Shown: positions 26,251 through 39,403, counted from the first letter of the whole stretch. The stretch is 63,065 bases of DNA, filler included, from Basidiobolus ranarum (GCA_040143965.1; 41 parts of 41 records of this genome joined end to end with filler, not necessarily neighbours in it), one strand, 5' to 3'. The notes: generated from the sequence alone by a model not told the origin. Made by a program: numbers and translations.

Positions 26251-27135
26251 ATGTATTGAGAATTAATCAAGATTTTGACTACTTTGCCTAACTTTGATTG
26301 AGGCCCACAAAATGATTTTCCTCTATACTTTCCTGCTACAATGCTATATCTCTTTAGGAAACCAAAGCTATATTCTACTCTTGCTCTAAAATGGGAAAAA
26401 ATGTCATTATAAAGCTTTTGCCTCTCTGTGAGTATCCCTCCTCTGGGCCTCTTGTTGGCAGTGACACATCCTAGCCTCTGTATTCTTCCCCAACATATTC
26501 CAAATCAGCCATAGTCTTCTCATTTCTTACAAATGGTGCATGCCTCTCAACCCAAAGCCTTTTGCCATGGTGTCTCCCTGGATGTGACCCACTAAACCAA
26601 ATGATGTTTCCTTCCAAATCTGTCAAAGCCTGGAATTTTACACAGTGGGCTTTGTACTTGCCAGAATAGAACAGCTTCCAGTTGCTTTTGGGCCCATTAA
26701 TTCTGACTGGAAATATGGCAAGAATACTTCTCATATGAGCTATATTGGGAAATACTCCAGGAAATGGAAGGAAGTTAGAGTCTCTAAATCATTTGTCCCT
26801 GGCACCATCAACATAATTCAGCACTGAAGCTAGATAATTCGCACTTTCTTGAAGCCTGGTATGGAAGCTTCTCCCACTTTTGCTACCATTAATAGTGCAC
26901 TGAAATATGATTGGGCCATAGTTTTTGTAGTCACAAAACAAATTGACTAGCTGCTTTCTGGTAGGTATTGGAATATATTAGACACAGTATTTCTCAAATT
27001 TAGCTTCTAAGGTGGTGATAGGAAAGCCAGTAGTTGCTTTTGGATTAATGAGGAATAACCATTTAGAGTAGATAGAGAGCATGATAGTGATTTTGTATTG
27101 AGCTGGCACAATACTGATTGATCTGGCATGCACAA
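26251..27135 (-). mobile_element. IS5/PIF-Harbinger-like (ISL2EU-like, DDE_Tnp_4) transposase relic
   Basis: FYSGKYKAHCVKFQALTDLEGNIIWFSG..PGRHH, MADLEYVG, then FRARVEYSFGFLKRY; other copies of the 3' region at 53953-54290 and 18255-18438. Confidence 0.85.
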
Positions 27136-27792
27136 GTTATTTATCTAAGAATTTCAATTATCATGGTAAAATTCCCTACATTCTGAATAATAACATTTCT
27201 GTTAGCGTTTCTTATCCTAATTATTTCAATTATGTGTAAATGCATGGAAATTATATAATAAACTGCATTAGCAAAGGTAATCATGGTTCAATCTGAATCA
27301 ATTTATTTAGCATACATATTGAAATGGCTCAAAGCGGAATGCATTATGCTTGATCACACTATTGAAAGTTAACTTTGACATTTTAACCAATATTATAAAA
27401 AGATCTCTAATTCTGATTGAAACCAATAAAGTCTAACATCATAGATTTATATGGTAGGTATGTATCATGTCAAAACATATTCTTCCTGAATCCCAACCTA
27501 CTTTGGTACAGCAAACCACCACTTCAAAAATTTTGTGCATGCAGTTGAATGAAGGTGTGGGTGGTGCAAAGCAGCACATGCCTAATGATTTTACAGATGC
27601 CCAGGTATCCACTATGAATTCTTGCTTGGATATATGGGAGTTATTGATAAACTTGACAGAAGCTGGGGAAGGGGACATTAGACAAAAGTGGANNNNNNNN
27701 NNNNNNNNNNNNNNNNNNNNNNNNNNNNNNNNNNNNTTAATTAATTAANNNNNNNNNNNNNNNNNNNNNNNNNNNNNNNNNNNNNNNNNNNN

Positions 27793-29233
27793 ATATCTTG
27801 ATGGCAAGATGGTGGCATCCTAATGGTATTATGATGATTATGATACAAGGTGAAATATTGATCCTCAAATTTGGTCTGCATTAGTTAATATCCAATAATT
27901 TTTTGAAAAGACCAATTTTCAAATGGAAAATCAATGGGCTTGCTGCTATAGGAGTTCTTTATTTAGATATTTTTGGCTTTGTATTCCAGCCATAATGAGA
28001 AATAAAAAATACAAGAATCTCAATGTGGATAGTCTTGATATATTTAAATACATGACTGACCACACATAGCTTAACAACATTGGTATGCTTTACCAGCAAA
28101 CTAATAATGCAAAATTGCTAAACATCTGCAATTTAGAGTAGGGCTGACACTTAGCAAATAGAAGACTCTTGTTACCATTGATAATGCAAATAAGCTGTTG
28201 GATTTTGGCAAATTTCCATGAAGAATTCAGCTAAAATATCCCCAACTTGTAGTCAACAAATGTCCAGCCACAAGTAGCTATTTCACTTCTTCAAAAGATT
28301 ACCCCATAGCTAAAATAATAATATTTTGTTTCTCAATATATCCTGCCAAGAAGTCTGTCTTGCAGCTTTCCTAAAAATACTATCAGATTTTCACATCAAC
28401 AAAATAGTCCAAATTATAGAGATACCTACTCTGTGTCCATGGATTAGGTTTTGTTGCTGTTTTAGTGCTCAGACAATGCAAAAACACATGGGCACATTGA
28501 AAAGGGCCTTTTGCTGGAAGGTCAATAAACTCTGGAATCTTGTTAACCCATTGCATTAAATCTATCACTGATTTTGTTGCTACATTGTTAATCAGATTAG
28601 CATATGGTAATACTGATGGCCCTACCAGAAATTTGAGGATTGTTATTGTAGGAAAACTGTCACAATTTTAATCCATTTGGCATTGGCCATTTACTTACCA
28701 TCATAAAATTGTCAAGTTAGATTTGATTTTGATCAATTTTTTCAGTTTCAGGAGTTAAATTTCAAGATCTTGCAAAATAGCTGCACATGATTGGCTACAA
28801 TCTCAGCAAACTATTGATCAACCCATGTGCAAAAAACATAACTCAAATTTTACACATTTATCACTTGAACCCTAATTTGTCACCTTTGAAATTTATAGTT
28901 TCTTTAATCCCTAACAAAAATACAATCAATTTGATCCAGATTGAATCCACCCTCCAAAATAGCAAAACCATCAGAGAACCATCACAATATTGGTGGCTTG
29001 CATTCTGCCAAGGATTTTGATGGTGTAATGGTGGTTTCTTGATGGTATTTTGATAGTATTCATATATGTTAAAATATTGATCCTCAAATTTGGCATGCAT
29101 TATTCAATAACTGGCAATTTTTGCAAAAAATAATTTTTTAATGGCAAATTACTGGGTTTACTGCTGAAGGAATTTGAATTACTATGCATGCCTTTATTTA
29201 GATATTTTAGGCATTGTATTCCAGCCATAATGA
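27793..29233. mobile_element. CACTA family A mosaic with left end at 28620 and inverted right end at 28909
   Basis: TIR motifs and homology to other copies. Confidence 0.85.
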
Positions 29234-29333
29234 NNNNNNNNNNNNNNNNNNNNNNNNNNNNNNNNNNNNNNNNNNNNTTAATTAATTAANNNNNNNNNNN
29301 NNNNNNNNNNNNNNNNNNNNNNNNNNNNNNNNN

Positions 29334-30774
29334 GGCATTCTGTTAGCAGCTAACTGAGGGCTCATAATCTGGTAAAAGTGTTTGGGGCTTTGGAAGTGTT
29401 TGTGACAAGTTTAAGATTTGCAAATTCAACACTCAACTTTGTCTGAATTGAATTATTAATATTGCAAGCTTACTATCAAATAGGATGATTGGATGGGCTT
29501 AGATTGCAACAAACATGCCTGTAAAGCATGAGTGAAAATTCAAGGTGATTTGGGGAGGTTTTGAAAAAATAGTGAAAATTGGAACAAGTGATTATATTGC
29601 TGCTTCTACCAATTAGAGCAATAAACACATGTTTTTTAATGGCAGACTTTAGTGGTAAATATTATGAATATGAAAAAGCTAACTACAAAATAATGCCTTG
29701 CTATTTATCTAATTTCAGCATTCTCACCTAACTAATAATTTTTATATCTTTTACAATAACTTATTTCTTAATAACAAGTTTAAGCTTCAGCTAAAGGTTT
29801 CGTCAAGAGTTTGGTAATGATTTCTCAAGTAGGGCCATAGACAAGTTCAAATATGTCATTCTCTCTTGCTCCTCTAACCAAATGCAGCCTAATATCTATA
29901 TGTTATGTACTAGCATGAAATTTAGGGTTTTAAGCTAATGAAAAACAACTTGGATTATCTTCAAATACAGTAATGGCACATTTTGGCATGTCTCCTAAGT
30001 CTGTAAATAACTTCCTTAGCCACATAGCTTATCATGTATTTGCAGGGGCAGCCTTACACTGTGCTTTTGCTTTGGATAGTGATATGGCTGGTTGCTTCCT
30101 GCAATTCCAGGTCAGTGTCCTATTACCATACAGAGAAGTGTACCAATTTGTTGCTCTATTACCATTAAGGCTCCTTCCCGAGTCAGCATTTCTGTAGCCT
30201 TCAAAATTTTGTGCATCTGGAGTGCCAAAGTTTTCCAGAGCTAGATCTACAGTCCCTCTCAAAAACCTGAATATCTGTTTTACTGCAGTTTTGTGCTTGG
30301 ATCCTGGATCTTTGAGAATTTGGCTTACAGTTCCCTTTGCCACAGCAATGTCTGAATGCGGTCCAAGCATTGTAGACATTGATTACAAACCATGGAGTGA
30401 TAAGGCAACTTCTACTTTGATATGAGTCATTTTGGGCCTTAGCAGGTGAAAATAAGATTACTTTTGCATTGGGCCTCATTGGTATTGATACAGGCTTGCT
30501 TTTCTCCATGATGAAGCATTTTGGAATGTCAAGAACACATCTAGACTAATGCATCATGATTTGCTAATAGAGTTTGTTTCTCTTGATTTGGATTACAAGG
30601 AAAATGCTTAATTCACCTTTATAGGTTGTCTGAATTTGGTTTGATAAGCTGCTTTTTGTCTGATTAAGTGCTTCAGGAGCATTTGTGGCTATGTTCAAGT
30701 CATGCCCATATAGTGCCAAGATAAGGATCCTATTTCTGGTTGTTTTGATGTAAATACTGTGATCTGCTATGCAT
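29334..30774 (-). mobile_element. Copia RT/RNase H relic, PPT, LTR-D (29370-29720) and PBS (29358-29369)
   Basis: KHKTAVKQIFRFLRGT and TWNCRKQPAISLS in ORF 30032..30379; AGTTAGGTGAGAA precedes TGCTGAAATTAG; GATTATGAGCCC follows the LTR. Confidence 0.85.
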
Positions 30775-33104
30775 NNNNNNNNNNNNNNNNNNNNNNNNNN
30801 NNNNNNNNNNNNNNNNNNTTAATTAATTAANNNNNNNNNNNNNNNNNNNNNNNNNNNNNNNNNNNNNNNNNNNNCAATTGATTTACTTTTCTACTATATA
30901 AGTCACCATATACTCTTGAGAATAAACTAACTAAAACACACTATCATAAGTTGCTTCTAATACTCAAAGTCTACCCCCATTATGTTAAGATCCTCCAACA
31001 GGAACAAGTCTGTAGTCTAGGTAAGTTATAATTAAGACTAATTACTGATATCTTAGTGAAATATAGGATATCTAAGCACCAAGCTATATGTTACTATATA
31101 GGTGCTTAGGCAGTATTAATCTCAATACTCACTAGTGAGCAAAAAATATTTGATTTTCTTTATCTTTAACTCACTACTTGTAACATTTTATATTTTTAAC
31201 CTTGCATTGCAAATAAGTATAAGTCTGCAAAAAAACTATAAGCTCTGTTTTAATAGTATCTTGATAAGGAGCTAAACATCAAAACAATTTCTTTCAGAAT
31301 CAAAGTCACTAAGTTGTATTTTGATTTGGATACTGCAGGAATATTTTTGTTGCTAAGGTTTATGTGCCAAATATTGAATGATTTAACTTTATAGATATAT
31401 AGATATTACTTTGCCAGGTCTTCTCTTACTTGAAAAAAAAAATCATAAAATGGTCACTTTAAAAGACATTTGGCTTTTTCAAAATGTTACCAAATTTGCA
31501 AGCCACTCCATAGTTTTATCATTATATATGTTATTATGCTTTTGTTTATAAATTATGAAGTGCAAATAATATACTTCTGGTTATTGAATAATCATCTCAT
31601 ACTTGAATGAACACCAAGACACCATTTGTAATACATATATGTCATACTTCGATATATGACACAAATGCTTATAATTAATATTTCATACGCGGGAATTACC
31701 ACTAACTTATAGTTAATCTTTGAGAGGAGAATATTCGCACATTTCAGGTATAGGTTTTTTGTCACTTTGCGTTTAATGTATTCCTCTACCCTTGCTTATG
31801 AACATGTGTAACTAAATTAAATGGTACCGGATAAGATATTGAAGTACTGTTCTACAATTCAGTTAGTGAATACGAAGATAAATTCGTACAATGTATTATT
31901 TGAGAATACCAACATCTCAGGCGTGTATTTCTTCAGGATTGACAATAGAAATTTAAATTACTAAGCTAATCAAGGTAACTTATAAATATCCTAAATGAAT
32001 TTTTGTTACCTTTTACATGCATGAAACAATGAAATTGTTCCTATCGAGTTACTCTACTTGGTCACCATATATTGAGCTTATAACCATTGGAAATGGCCAC
32101 ACCAGAGGATGTTGCACGATTCCAGATTAGGATAGCAGTTAAATTATCATATCAAGTCTGGAGTAATACACGTGACAGCACCATAGTCAAGATAATGAAA
32201 TATATATGGTATTAATTATTTGTTTATTTTACAGACGCTGATTCATATCCTAGAGTGAAGATTGGTTAGTCATTGATGCTAGCATTTATGGATTTCCCTT
32301 AATGATCAATCTTTANNNNNNNNNNNNNNNNNNNNNNNNNNNNNNNNNNNNNNNNNNNNTTAATTAATTAANNNNNNNNNNNNNNNNNNNNNNNNNNNNN
32401 NNNNNNNNNNNNNNNAGTATATGGGAAGAATTGGGCTTGCCCAAATTTTCCAAAGGTCAGATCTCTGACCTTTGACACCTCTGAGGAAGAGACACTGTTT
32501 CCAACAGTATAACACAGCCTATTCTAGCTTTCATAATTTTTATGCATTTAGAGAAATTTCTCAGATATTGAATATTTTTTTAATTTTTGTAAATTTGCAA
32601 GTCTCTGGGAAATTGAAGTGCAGATCTTTTCCTTGAGACTCTGAAAGCTTTTAAGTATTATAATTTTACCATAGGTAAACTGGCTACTTTTTAGCTTAAT
32701 CATTCATAAATTACTTATCAAGAATATCCTTTATATACTATTGAGAGTAATGAGGAAACTTGATTAACATTATGAATTAGTAATATTTGTAAGAACTTTG
32801 TGATGTTTGCAAGATTAAATAGAGAAGAAAGTGAATATTAGATATATCATAATTATATTACAAATCTAGAAATATTAAAAGTGTTGATAAAAGCTTTCTA
32901 CTCATATTTTACAAATATTGACAAACTACTAGCACTAAGCTCCATACATGTTTATTTATATATAAAACAACAAAATAGGCATTAAAATAAACTTTTGGGC
33001 TATGTAACTTGCACAGCCAAAGGTGCTACAAATTTAAAAAATTGTATAAAATGCAAAGTATTTGTAACTAAGATATTCCATATAATATAAATAAAAGCAA
33101 TGCG

Positions 33105-33656
33105 CACTACAGAACCATCTATAATTTCAAAAACCTACTAACTTTTGAGCTGCATAGTACTAGAAACATGCCTTTATGCATTGCCCCTGATTTTATAGGG
33201 GCTACGTTGGTGGTAGACTGTCAATTCACACTACAAATGTAAGCCTCTTTCTAAAAACTTGTTTACTTCTGTAGTGCATATAACTGTTACCACATCATTA
33301 TATTGTATCTCTGACTTTACAGGAGTCATAAAGACCACTCATCCCTTGACATGCACTACAAATGTGAGTCTCTTTTTAAAAACATATTCACTTTTGGCAT
33401 GTATTTAACTGATACCACATCATTATTTTTTACCTTTGACTTTATAGGAGTTACAAAGACCACTCATCCCTTGACACACACTACAAACATGAGCCTCTTT
33501 TTAAAAACATATTTACTTTTTGTGTGCGTATAACTTAGACCACATCATTATTTTTCCACTATGATTTTATAGGAGTTACAAAGACTGCTCATCCCTCAAT
33601 GCACACTACAAACATGAGTCTCTTTTAAAAAACATATTTACTTTTGGTGTGTGTAT
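33105..33656. repeat. ~125-bp tandem repeat, about 4.4 copies
   Basis: CACTACA starts at 33105, 33229, 33354, 33479 and 33604; units share aaaaac..acttttg, ccacatcatta and tttataggag; the first unit is the most diverged. Confidence 0.9.
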
Positions 33657-33855
33657 TGTTGAAGTTTATTGTCTTTATCATATTTGTTACCACTATCTTT
33701 ATACACCCAACTATTTCATATATCACATATAAGTTAGTTAACATTACTTAGTCAAATATCACTTAGCTGAAAATTGGAACATATGTTATATATCTGTGAA
33801 TGATGTGAGAATTAGCAATTCCATAATGGAAACTTCAAACTTGTCTAAATTGCCC
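33657..33855 (+). mobile_element. 5' part of LTR family A interrupting the tandem repeat
   Basis: TGTTGAAGTTTATTGTC..., matches 37751-37950. Confidence 0.8.
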
Positions 33856-33955
33856 NNNNNNNNNNNNNNNNNNNNNNNNNNNNNNNNNNNNNNNNNNNNT
33901 TAATTAATTAANNNNNNNNNNNNNNNNNNNNNNNNNNNNNNNNNNNNNNNNNNNN

Positions 33956-34110
33956 TGTCTCCACCTGTGATACTTGTCCTTGAGTGAAGTCTCCTATACA
34001 TCAGCTCTATGGCCTCCTACAGCCACTTTCAATTGCTGATTTGCAGTGGAAATCCATATCCCTGGATTTCATAACTGATCTACCCTTGTTGCCTAATATG
34101 ATTCAATGCA
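33956..34110 (+). mobile_element. Gypsy integrase N-terminal fragment
   Basis: YGLLQPLSIADLQWKSISLDFITDLP; matches 55530-55670. Confidence 0.8.
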
Positions 34111-35395
34111 AATTTATGTTACATTTTTTGCACATGCATTGATTGATAGCTTGCCAAGATTGTAAAAATCATGTACAACTATTTGGCAAGATCCTGAAAT
34201 TTCACTCCTGAAACTGAAAAAATTGATTAAAATCAAATATAACTTGACAATCTTATGATGGTGAGTAAACAGTCAATCCCAAATGGATTAAAATTGTGAT
34301 GGTTTTGCTACAATAACAATCCTCAAATTTCTGTTAGGGATACTGTTTACTCAGCTATATAGTGGAAAATTCAATCTGAATGAGCCATTGGAGATAGAAT
34401 CAAAGTTTGAATTAATTGGGAAAATGCTTGAAACCCTAACAGAAATTTGAGGATTGTTATTGTAGGAAAGCCATCACAATTTTAATCCATTTGGGATTGA
34501 CTGTTTACTTACTGTCATAAAATTGTCAAGTTAGATACGATTTTAATCAATTTTTTCAGTTTCAGGAGTGAAATTTCAAGATCTTGCAAAATAGTTGCAA
34601 ACGATTGACTAAAATCTCAGAGAACTATGGATCAACACATGTGCAAAAAACATAACTCAAATTTTACATAATTACCACTCAAACACTAATTTGTCACCTT
34701 TGAAATCCCTAGTCTCTTTGATATATTCTCCTGAATATTTTTATAGAGTTTGTCTTACCCAAGGTTTAGCTCATACCCAACACAAGTTTGTGTCAATATC
34801 TCCATCAAAGCCCACCATTGTACTAACATTGCTGAATCAACATTCTTCCAGCTATCTGGCAGATACCCTGCAATATTGTGCCACTCTGTATTAAGTTCTT
34901 CCCAGATATCTGCATGGTCAACACCAGACTGAATGTCAAGTTGAATGTTCTTTTTCTGAAGCCACTCCCTGCATACTTGCACTGAATTTTTCCCTTCATA
35001 CATTTGAAAATACTCCTCAAGCACTTTGACTATTTTTGTACATCCTTGTAGTATGACACTACTTAGGGTGCTTTGCAGTGTTTGTGTAGCTTTTTGCTTG
35101 CCTTTACCTTTGGGACTAATTTCAACACTTTGAAAAGTACCAGTTGAGGTTGGAGAGCCATTAGTTTTATTTGCTGGTGTTTTGGCTTGTTGAGTGGTGC
35201 CAGGTGTTGGATAAACTTCCAAATTTAGCACTCATCCAACTAGTGTACCCAGTTCCATGTTGAGATTAAGCTTTTTTGCCAGTTTATCTGACTCTGGAAT
35301 TGCAGATCTTTGTAATGGTGTCAAGAATTTGGTAAGTGGGACAGTAGAGCCTAAACTCACTGGCTCCTTTGCTTTTCCCTTGGTTTTACTAACTT
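34111..35395. mobile_element. Two back-to-back CACTA left ends (34339 inverted, 34434 direct) and accessory ORF C-terminal half
   Basis: TTTCTGTTAGGG ends at 34339; CCCTAACAGAAA starts at 34434; ORF 34755..35231. Confidence 0.88.
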
Positions 35396-35495
35396 NNNNN
35401 NNNNNNNNNNNNNNNNNNNNNNNNNNNNNNNNNNNNNNNTTAATTAATTAANNNNNNNNNNNNNNNNNNNNNNNNNNNNNNNNNNNNNNNNNNNN

Positions 35496-35831
35496 TTTTT
35501 TGATTCTCATTATGGCTGGAATACAAAGCCTAAAATATCTAAGTTAAGGCATGCATATTAAATTGAATTCCTACAGCAGTAAACCCAGTGATTTGCCATT
35601 TGAAAGTTATATTTTTGCAAAAATTGCCAGATGTTGAATAACACATGCCAATTTGAGGATCAATATTTTAACATATATGAATACCATCAAAATACCATCA
35701 AGAAACTGCCGTCACACCATCAAAATCCCTGGCAGAATGCAAGCTATCAATATTGTGACAGTTCTCTGATGGTTTTGCTCTTTTGGAGGGCGGATCTGAT
35801 CCGGATCAAATCAATTTTATTTTTGTTAGGG
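35496..35831 (+). mobile_element. CACTA family A right end
   Basis: Ends TTTTTGTTAGGG. Confidence 0.85.
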
Positions 35832-37035
35832 GGATTGAGGGCTTAAGTACACAAATGAATGCTAACATGAGAGTGTGGTGTGTATATGATCAGACCAGAC
35901 TCTTTCCAAATTGAAACTAAGCATACAAATTCACTTTCCATGAGAGAAAATAAGAATTTATGTCAATCAAGCATAGACATAAGAATAAAATGAACCAATA
36001 CCTCTGTACCAAGAGCTATGTATGTCTAAGTTCAATCAAATTCTTATGTGTTTTGCCGGTCACTATTTTATTTGGACACTCTGCCAAGTATGCTGTGCCA
36101 ACTCTTTAGATAGGTATTCATTAGAGCTGCTTAAAAGTGGTGATTGCAAGATTAGCACTGGCACAGACGTAGACTGAATTGACCAACAATGGGCACTTTG
36201 AGGAGTTCTTATTATATCAGTCAATGAGTTTGCCCTCTGTGGTAGCAACTATTAAAAGGCATTAGGGAGATGTCAAGTGATTCTAACTTAGTTTGATCAT
36301 CGCCAAGCCACATCATTCCTATTCAGAGTAAGAATCTAAGATTCTTGGACAAAAAGAACTGCTATGGTTAGGAAGCAGCAGTCAACCAACAAAAAAGTAG
36401 ATAATCATGTGTAGTTATGGCAACACTAAACTTTTGATAAAGAGTAAGTCTTTTAACACATTTTCTTTTGCCATGTGTCTTCACTTATCTCCAATGTATT
36501 GTAATCCTACCGCTTACTCAATGAAATGTCTAATTAATTGCTTTAATTCGTCTCATTTTAGATTAAAACACTGTACAATCTGCATAGGCTTGTGCATTGG
36601 TGAGGAATAAGGACTGGAATGGCAACAATGATGTGGCTTTTGATAATTTCAATTATTTCGAGAGGATGATGAGATGAATGTAGAATCCTGTTGAAATACT
36701 ACTAAGGCAAAAAAAAGGTATGGGGTTGTTTTGGAAAAATAATTAATTAGAACAATCTTATCCTGATGATGCCTTCGCCGATTGTACTACTAACAAGCTA
36801 CCTTTACAACCATTGTGCAACATCGCTTCAGCTACATTGCCAAGGCATCTGTGGCGATCGGTGTTTGAAGTTGGTAATACATCTTTATAGTTCATGTCTA
36901 CACCATGGTTCCAATGGGCAGCAGGCTGAAGACGCNNNNNNNNNNNNNNNNNNNNNNNNNNNNNNNNNNNNNNNNNNNNTTAATTAATTAANNNNNNNNN
37001 NNNNNNNNNNNNNNNNNNNNNNNNNNNNNNNNNNN

Positions 37036-37620
37036 GAAATCTTTTCAAAATTCCACTTGAATATATACAAATCCAATACTTCCAGTCTTTGCATTTGAAT
37101 AAACGCCTAGATGAGTGGATATTGATGGGAGTCCTGGTAAAATATGCTGGTATCTTGATGTTTTCAAGCATTTTCCCTGTTAATTCAAATTTTGCTCCAA
37201 TCTCAAATGGCTCATTCATATTGAGTTTTCCACTATATAGCTGAGAAAGTAGTATTTCAATGTTGTTGAATAGTAAGTGCATAGTGCTTAATGGGAAGCT
37301 CTGGCTCCAGCTGATCCTGTTTAGCAATATAATCTTAGTCTTACGGCTAATACCAACCTTGATTTTAGACTGACTATTTGGTGAATTGATATCAGTGATC
37401 ATATTGAAATCTGACCAGGCTCTCAACAGTAAAATCATGAAGTTTAGTGTTGTATTTGGATAGTTGTAATGCATATGCCTGTTAGAGTAAACTCCATTGA
37501 TTTGACAAAATCTACAGCAAGAAAGTGCATTGTGCCTGCAAAAACCTCCAAGTTTACTGATGGCAGGAGTGTCACCAATATATACAACAATATTAGCTTT
37601 AATGAAATATTTTATTGTCC
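37036..37620 (-). mobile_element. CACTA (tnp2-type) transposase core fragment
   Basis: IGDTPAISKLGGFCRHNALSCCRFC, FPLSTMHLLFNN and IPAYFTRTP..FKCKDWKYW match the GD.PA..K, D.MH and P..F.R.P/FK..EW motifs. Confidence 0.9.
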
Positions 37621-37750
37621 CACTTACCAAATTCTGCACATCATCGCAAAGATCTGTATTTCCAGAGCCAGATATACTGGCAATAAAGCTTAATTTTACC
37701 ATCCAACTGGGTGCACCAGTTGGAAGAGTGCTAAATTTGGAATCTCATCC

Positions 37751-38129
37751 AGTTGAAGTTTATTGTCTTTATCATATTTGTTACCTCTATTGTTATACAC
37801 CTAACTATTTCATATATGACACCTAACTTAGTTAAAATTACTTAGTCAAATATCACTTAACTGCAAATCAGAAAATGTATATTCTATATATATGTGAATA
37901 ATATGAGAATTAGCAATTCCATATTGCAAATTTCAAGCTCATCCAAATTGCCCCAAAAATAGCTTGTTTTACTCCCACAGATGTTTTGAACACAACCCCA
38001 GTGTTATTTTTCTGTATTTCCACCAAAATGTATAAATTCTTTATTTCTGGACAATAAATAATTACCTCAAAAAGCTATTCACAACTCCACTTTTATAAAG
38101 TTCCTCCAAACAGCTCATGTTTGCCAATA
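37751..38129 (+). mobile_element. LTR family A, near full length (~380 bp)
   Basis: Covers the partial copies at 33657-33855, 1-175 and 47807-48060(-). Confidence 0.8.
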
Positions 38130-38752
38130 AAATATGCTGAAGAAGAAAATTTTTCAATGAAAACAATCCAGGATCAAGAAAAACAACCAGAAATTGATGA
38201 AATTTTTCTTTCTCTCACCAGATCCTAATGAGTGAGAAAAACATTGAAAAACCCTCACCTGCAGTCTTCTCAACCAAGCCTGAAGTGGTTTCATTACCTA
38301 AATTGGTACCTGAAGTTGTAGTGCCAGTTTCCCATCTTATGAGATCTAATTGGATGAGATCTCCACCTGATTACAACTCTCACACTAGCCAAAAGGAGTC
38401 TAGTGCTAATATAGCCTTTTCTGATGAACCCAAATCAGTACAGGAGGCTATGGAGAGTCCCAACATGAAGTTTTNNNNNNNNNNNNNNNNNNNNNNNNNN
38501 NNNNNNNNNNNNNNNNNNTTAATTAATTAANNNNNNNNNNNNNNNNNNNNNNNNNNNNNNNNNNNNNNNNNNNNGAAATACAGATCTTTGTAACAGTGTG
38601 AAGAATTTGGTAAGTGGGACAGTAGAGCCTAAACACACTAGCTCCTTTGCTTTTCCTTTCGGTTTACTAACTTCCTGCTCCTTGAGTACTTTGTTAGCTG
38701 CTTTTCTTTCTTTTCCAAGTTGATATTATTGAAATTATTTAGGGAGAAAAAT

Positions 38753-38825
38753 TGCTCTGGCCAGGATTTGAACCTGGGACCTCCTTCACTCTAGCATGGT
38801 GGTCTTACAACTGAGCTACCAGTTC
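38753..38825 (-). pseudogene. tRNA-like sequence in the 3' LTR
   Basis: GAACTGG TAGCTCAGTTG...AGGTC CCAGG TTCAAAT CCTGG CCAGAGC A followed by ATTTTT; intact B box and T arm. Confidence 0.8.
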
Positions 38826-39057
38826 TTGTATGCTATGCCCATATTGCTAGCAAGCCTTAACCTAGTCTGTCAATGTATGGTACTCTGGCATATCAGCTAC
38901 ACAAGCAACTGACTGGCCTTAGACTTTGTGTTCAGATGCAGTCACCATACTCCATATTTTCCTCTTTGGGAATTACTGCTTGTACCACCAGCCACCAAAC
39001 TTTCAACATTCCCCTTCAAGCAGTTTTTCAGATTTAGCACTAACTGGGGCTCATAAC

Positions 39058-39403
39058 TGTTGAAATTAGCATTGCCTAAACACCTATAGAGTCATATATA
39101 GCTTCGTACTTAGTTATCTTATAATTCACTAAGATATTATCAATTATTCTCAATTGGAATTTGCTTAGAATATTTACCAACTTAGAAGTTTTCAGATATA
39201 TAGATTTTTCAAACTTGTGCTAGAAGCCCCAAACTTTGCACACATGTTCCTGGGACCTTCTTTAACATATGCTATATGTTTGTTTGTTTACATCTTGACA
39301 AAACTATAAATGTCAACTTTCTACCCAATATGTCAATAAGTGAAAACCACCAATTCCTCTAATTCTCCAAACCACTTCCAACAGGCTCCCAAATACTTTA
39401 ACA
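39058..39403 (+). mobile_element. Solo LTR family B with exact 5-bp TSD (ATAAC), nested in the PBS of the miniature element
   Basis: ATAAC at 39053-39057 and 39404-39408; TG...CA termini. Confidence 0.93.

Noticed and set aside
33105-33656. CRISPR-like array
   Set aside because: Whole units are homologous, there are no unique spacers or cas genes, and the context is eukaryotic.
36610-36935. Possible host exon or exons in a CpG-containing segment
   Set aside because: No recognisable motif or convincing reading frame.
36980-37702. 240-aa ORF as an intact gene
   Set aside because: Chimera: the first ~28 codons are antisense accessory-ORF sequence joined at about 37620 to a transposase fragment.
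39046-39057. Self-priming by the LTR-encoded tRNA-like RNA
   Set aside because: The PBS matches the tRNA-iMet anticodon arm (GGGCTCATAACC), which the LTR tRNA-like sequence does not contain.
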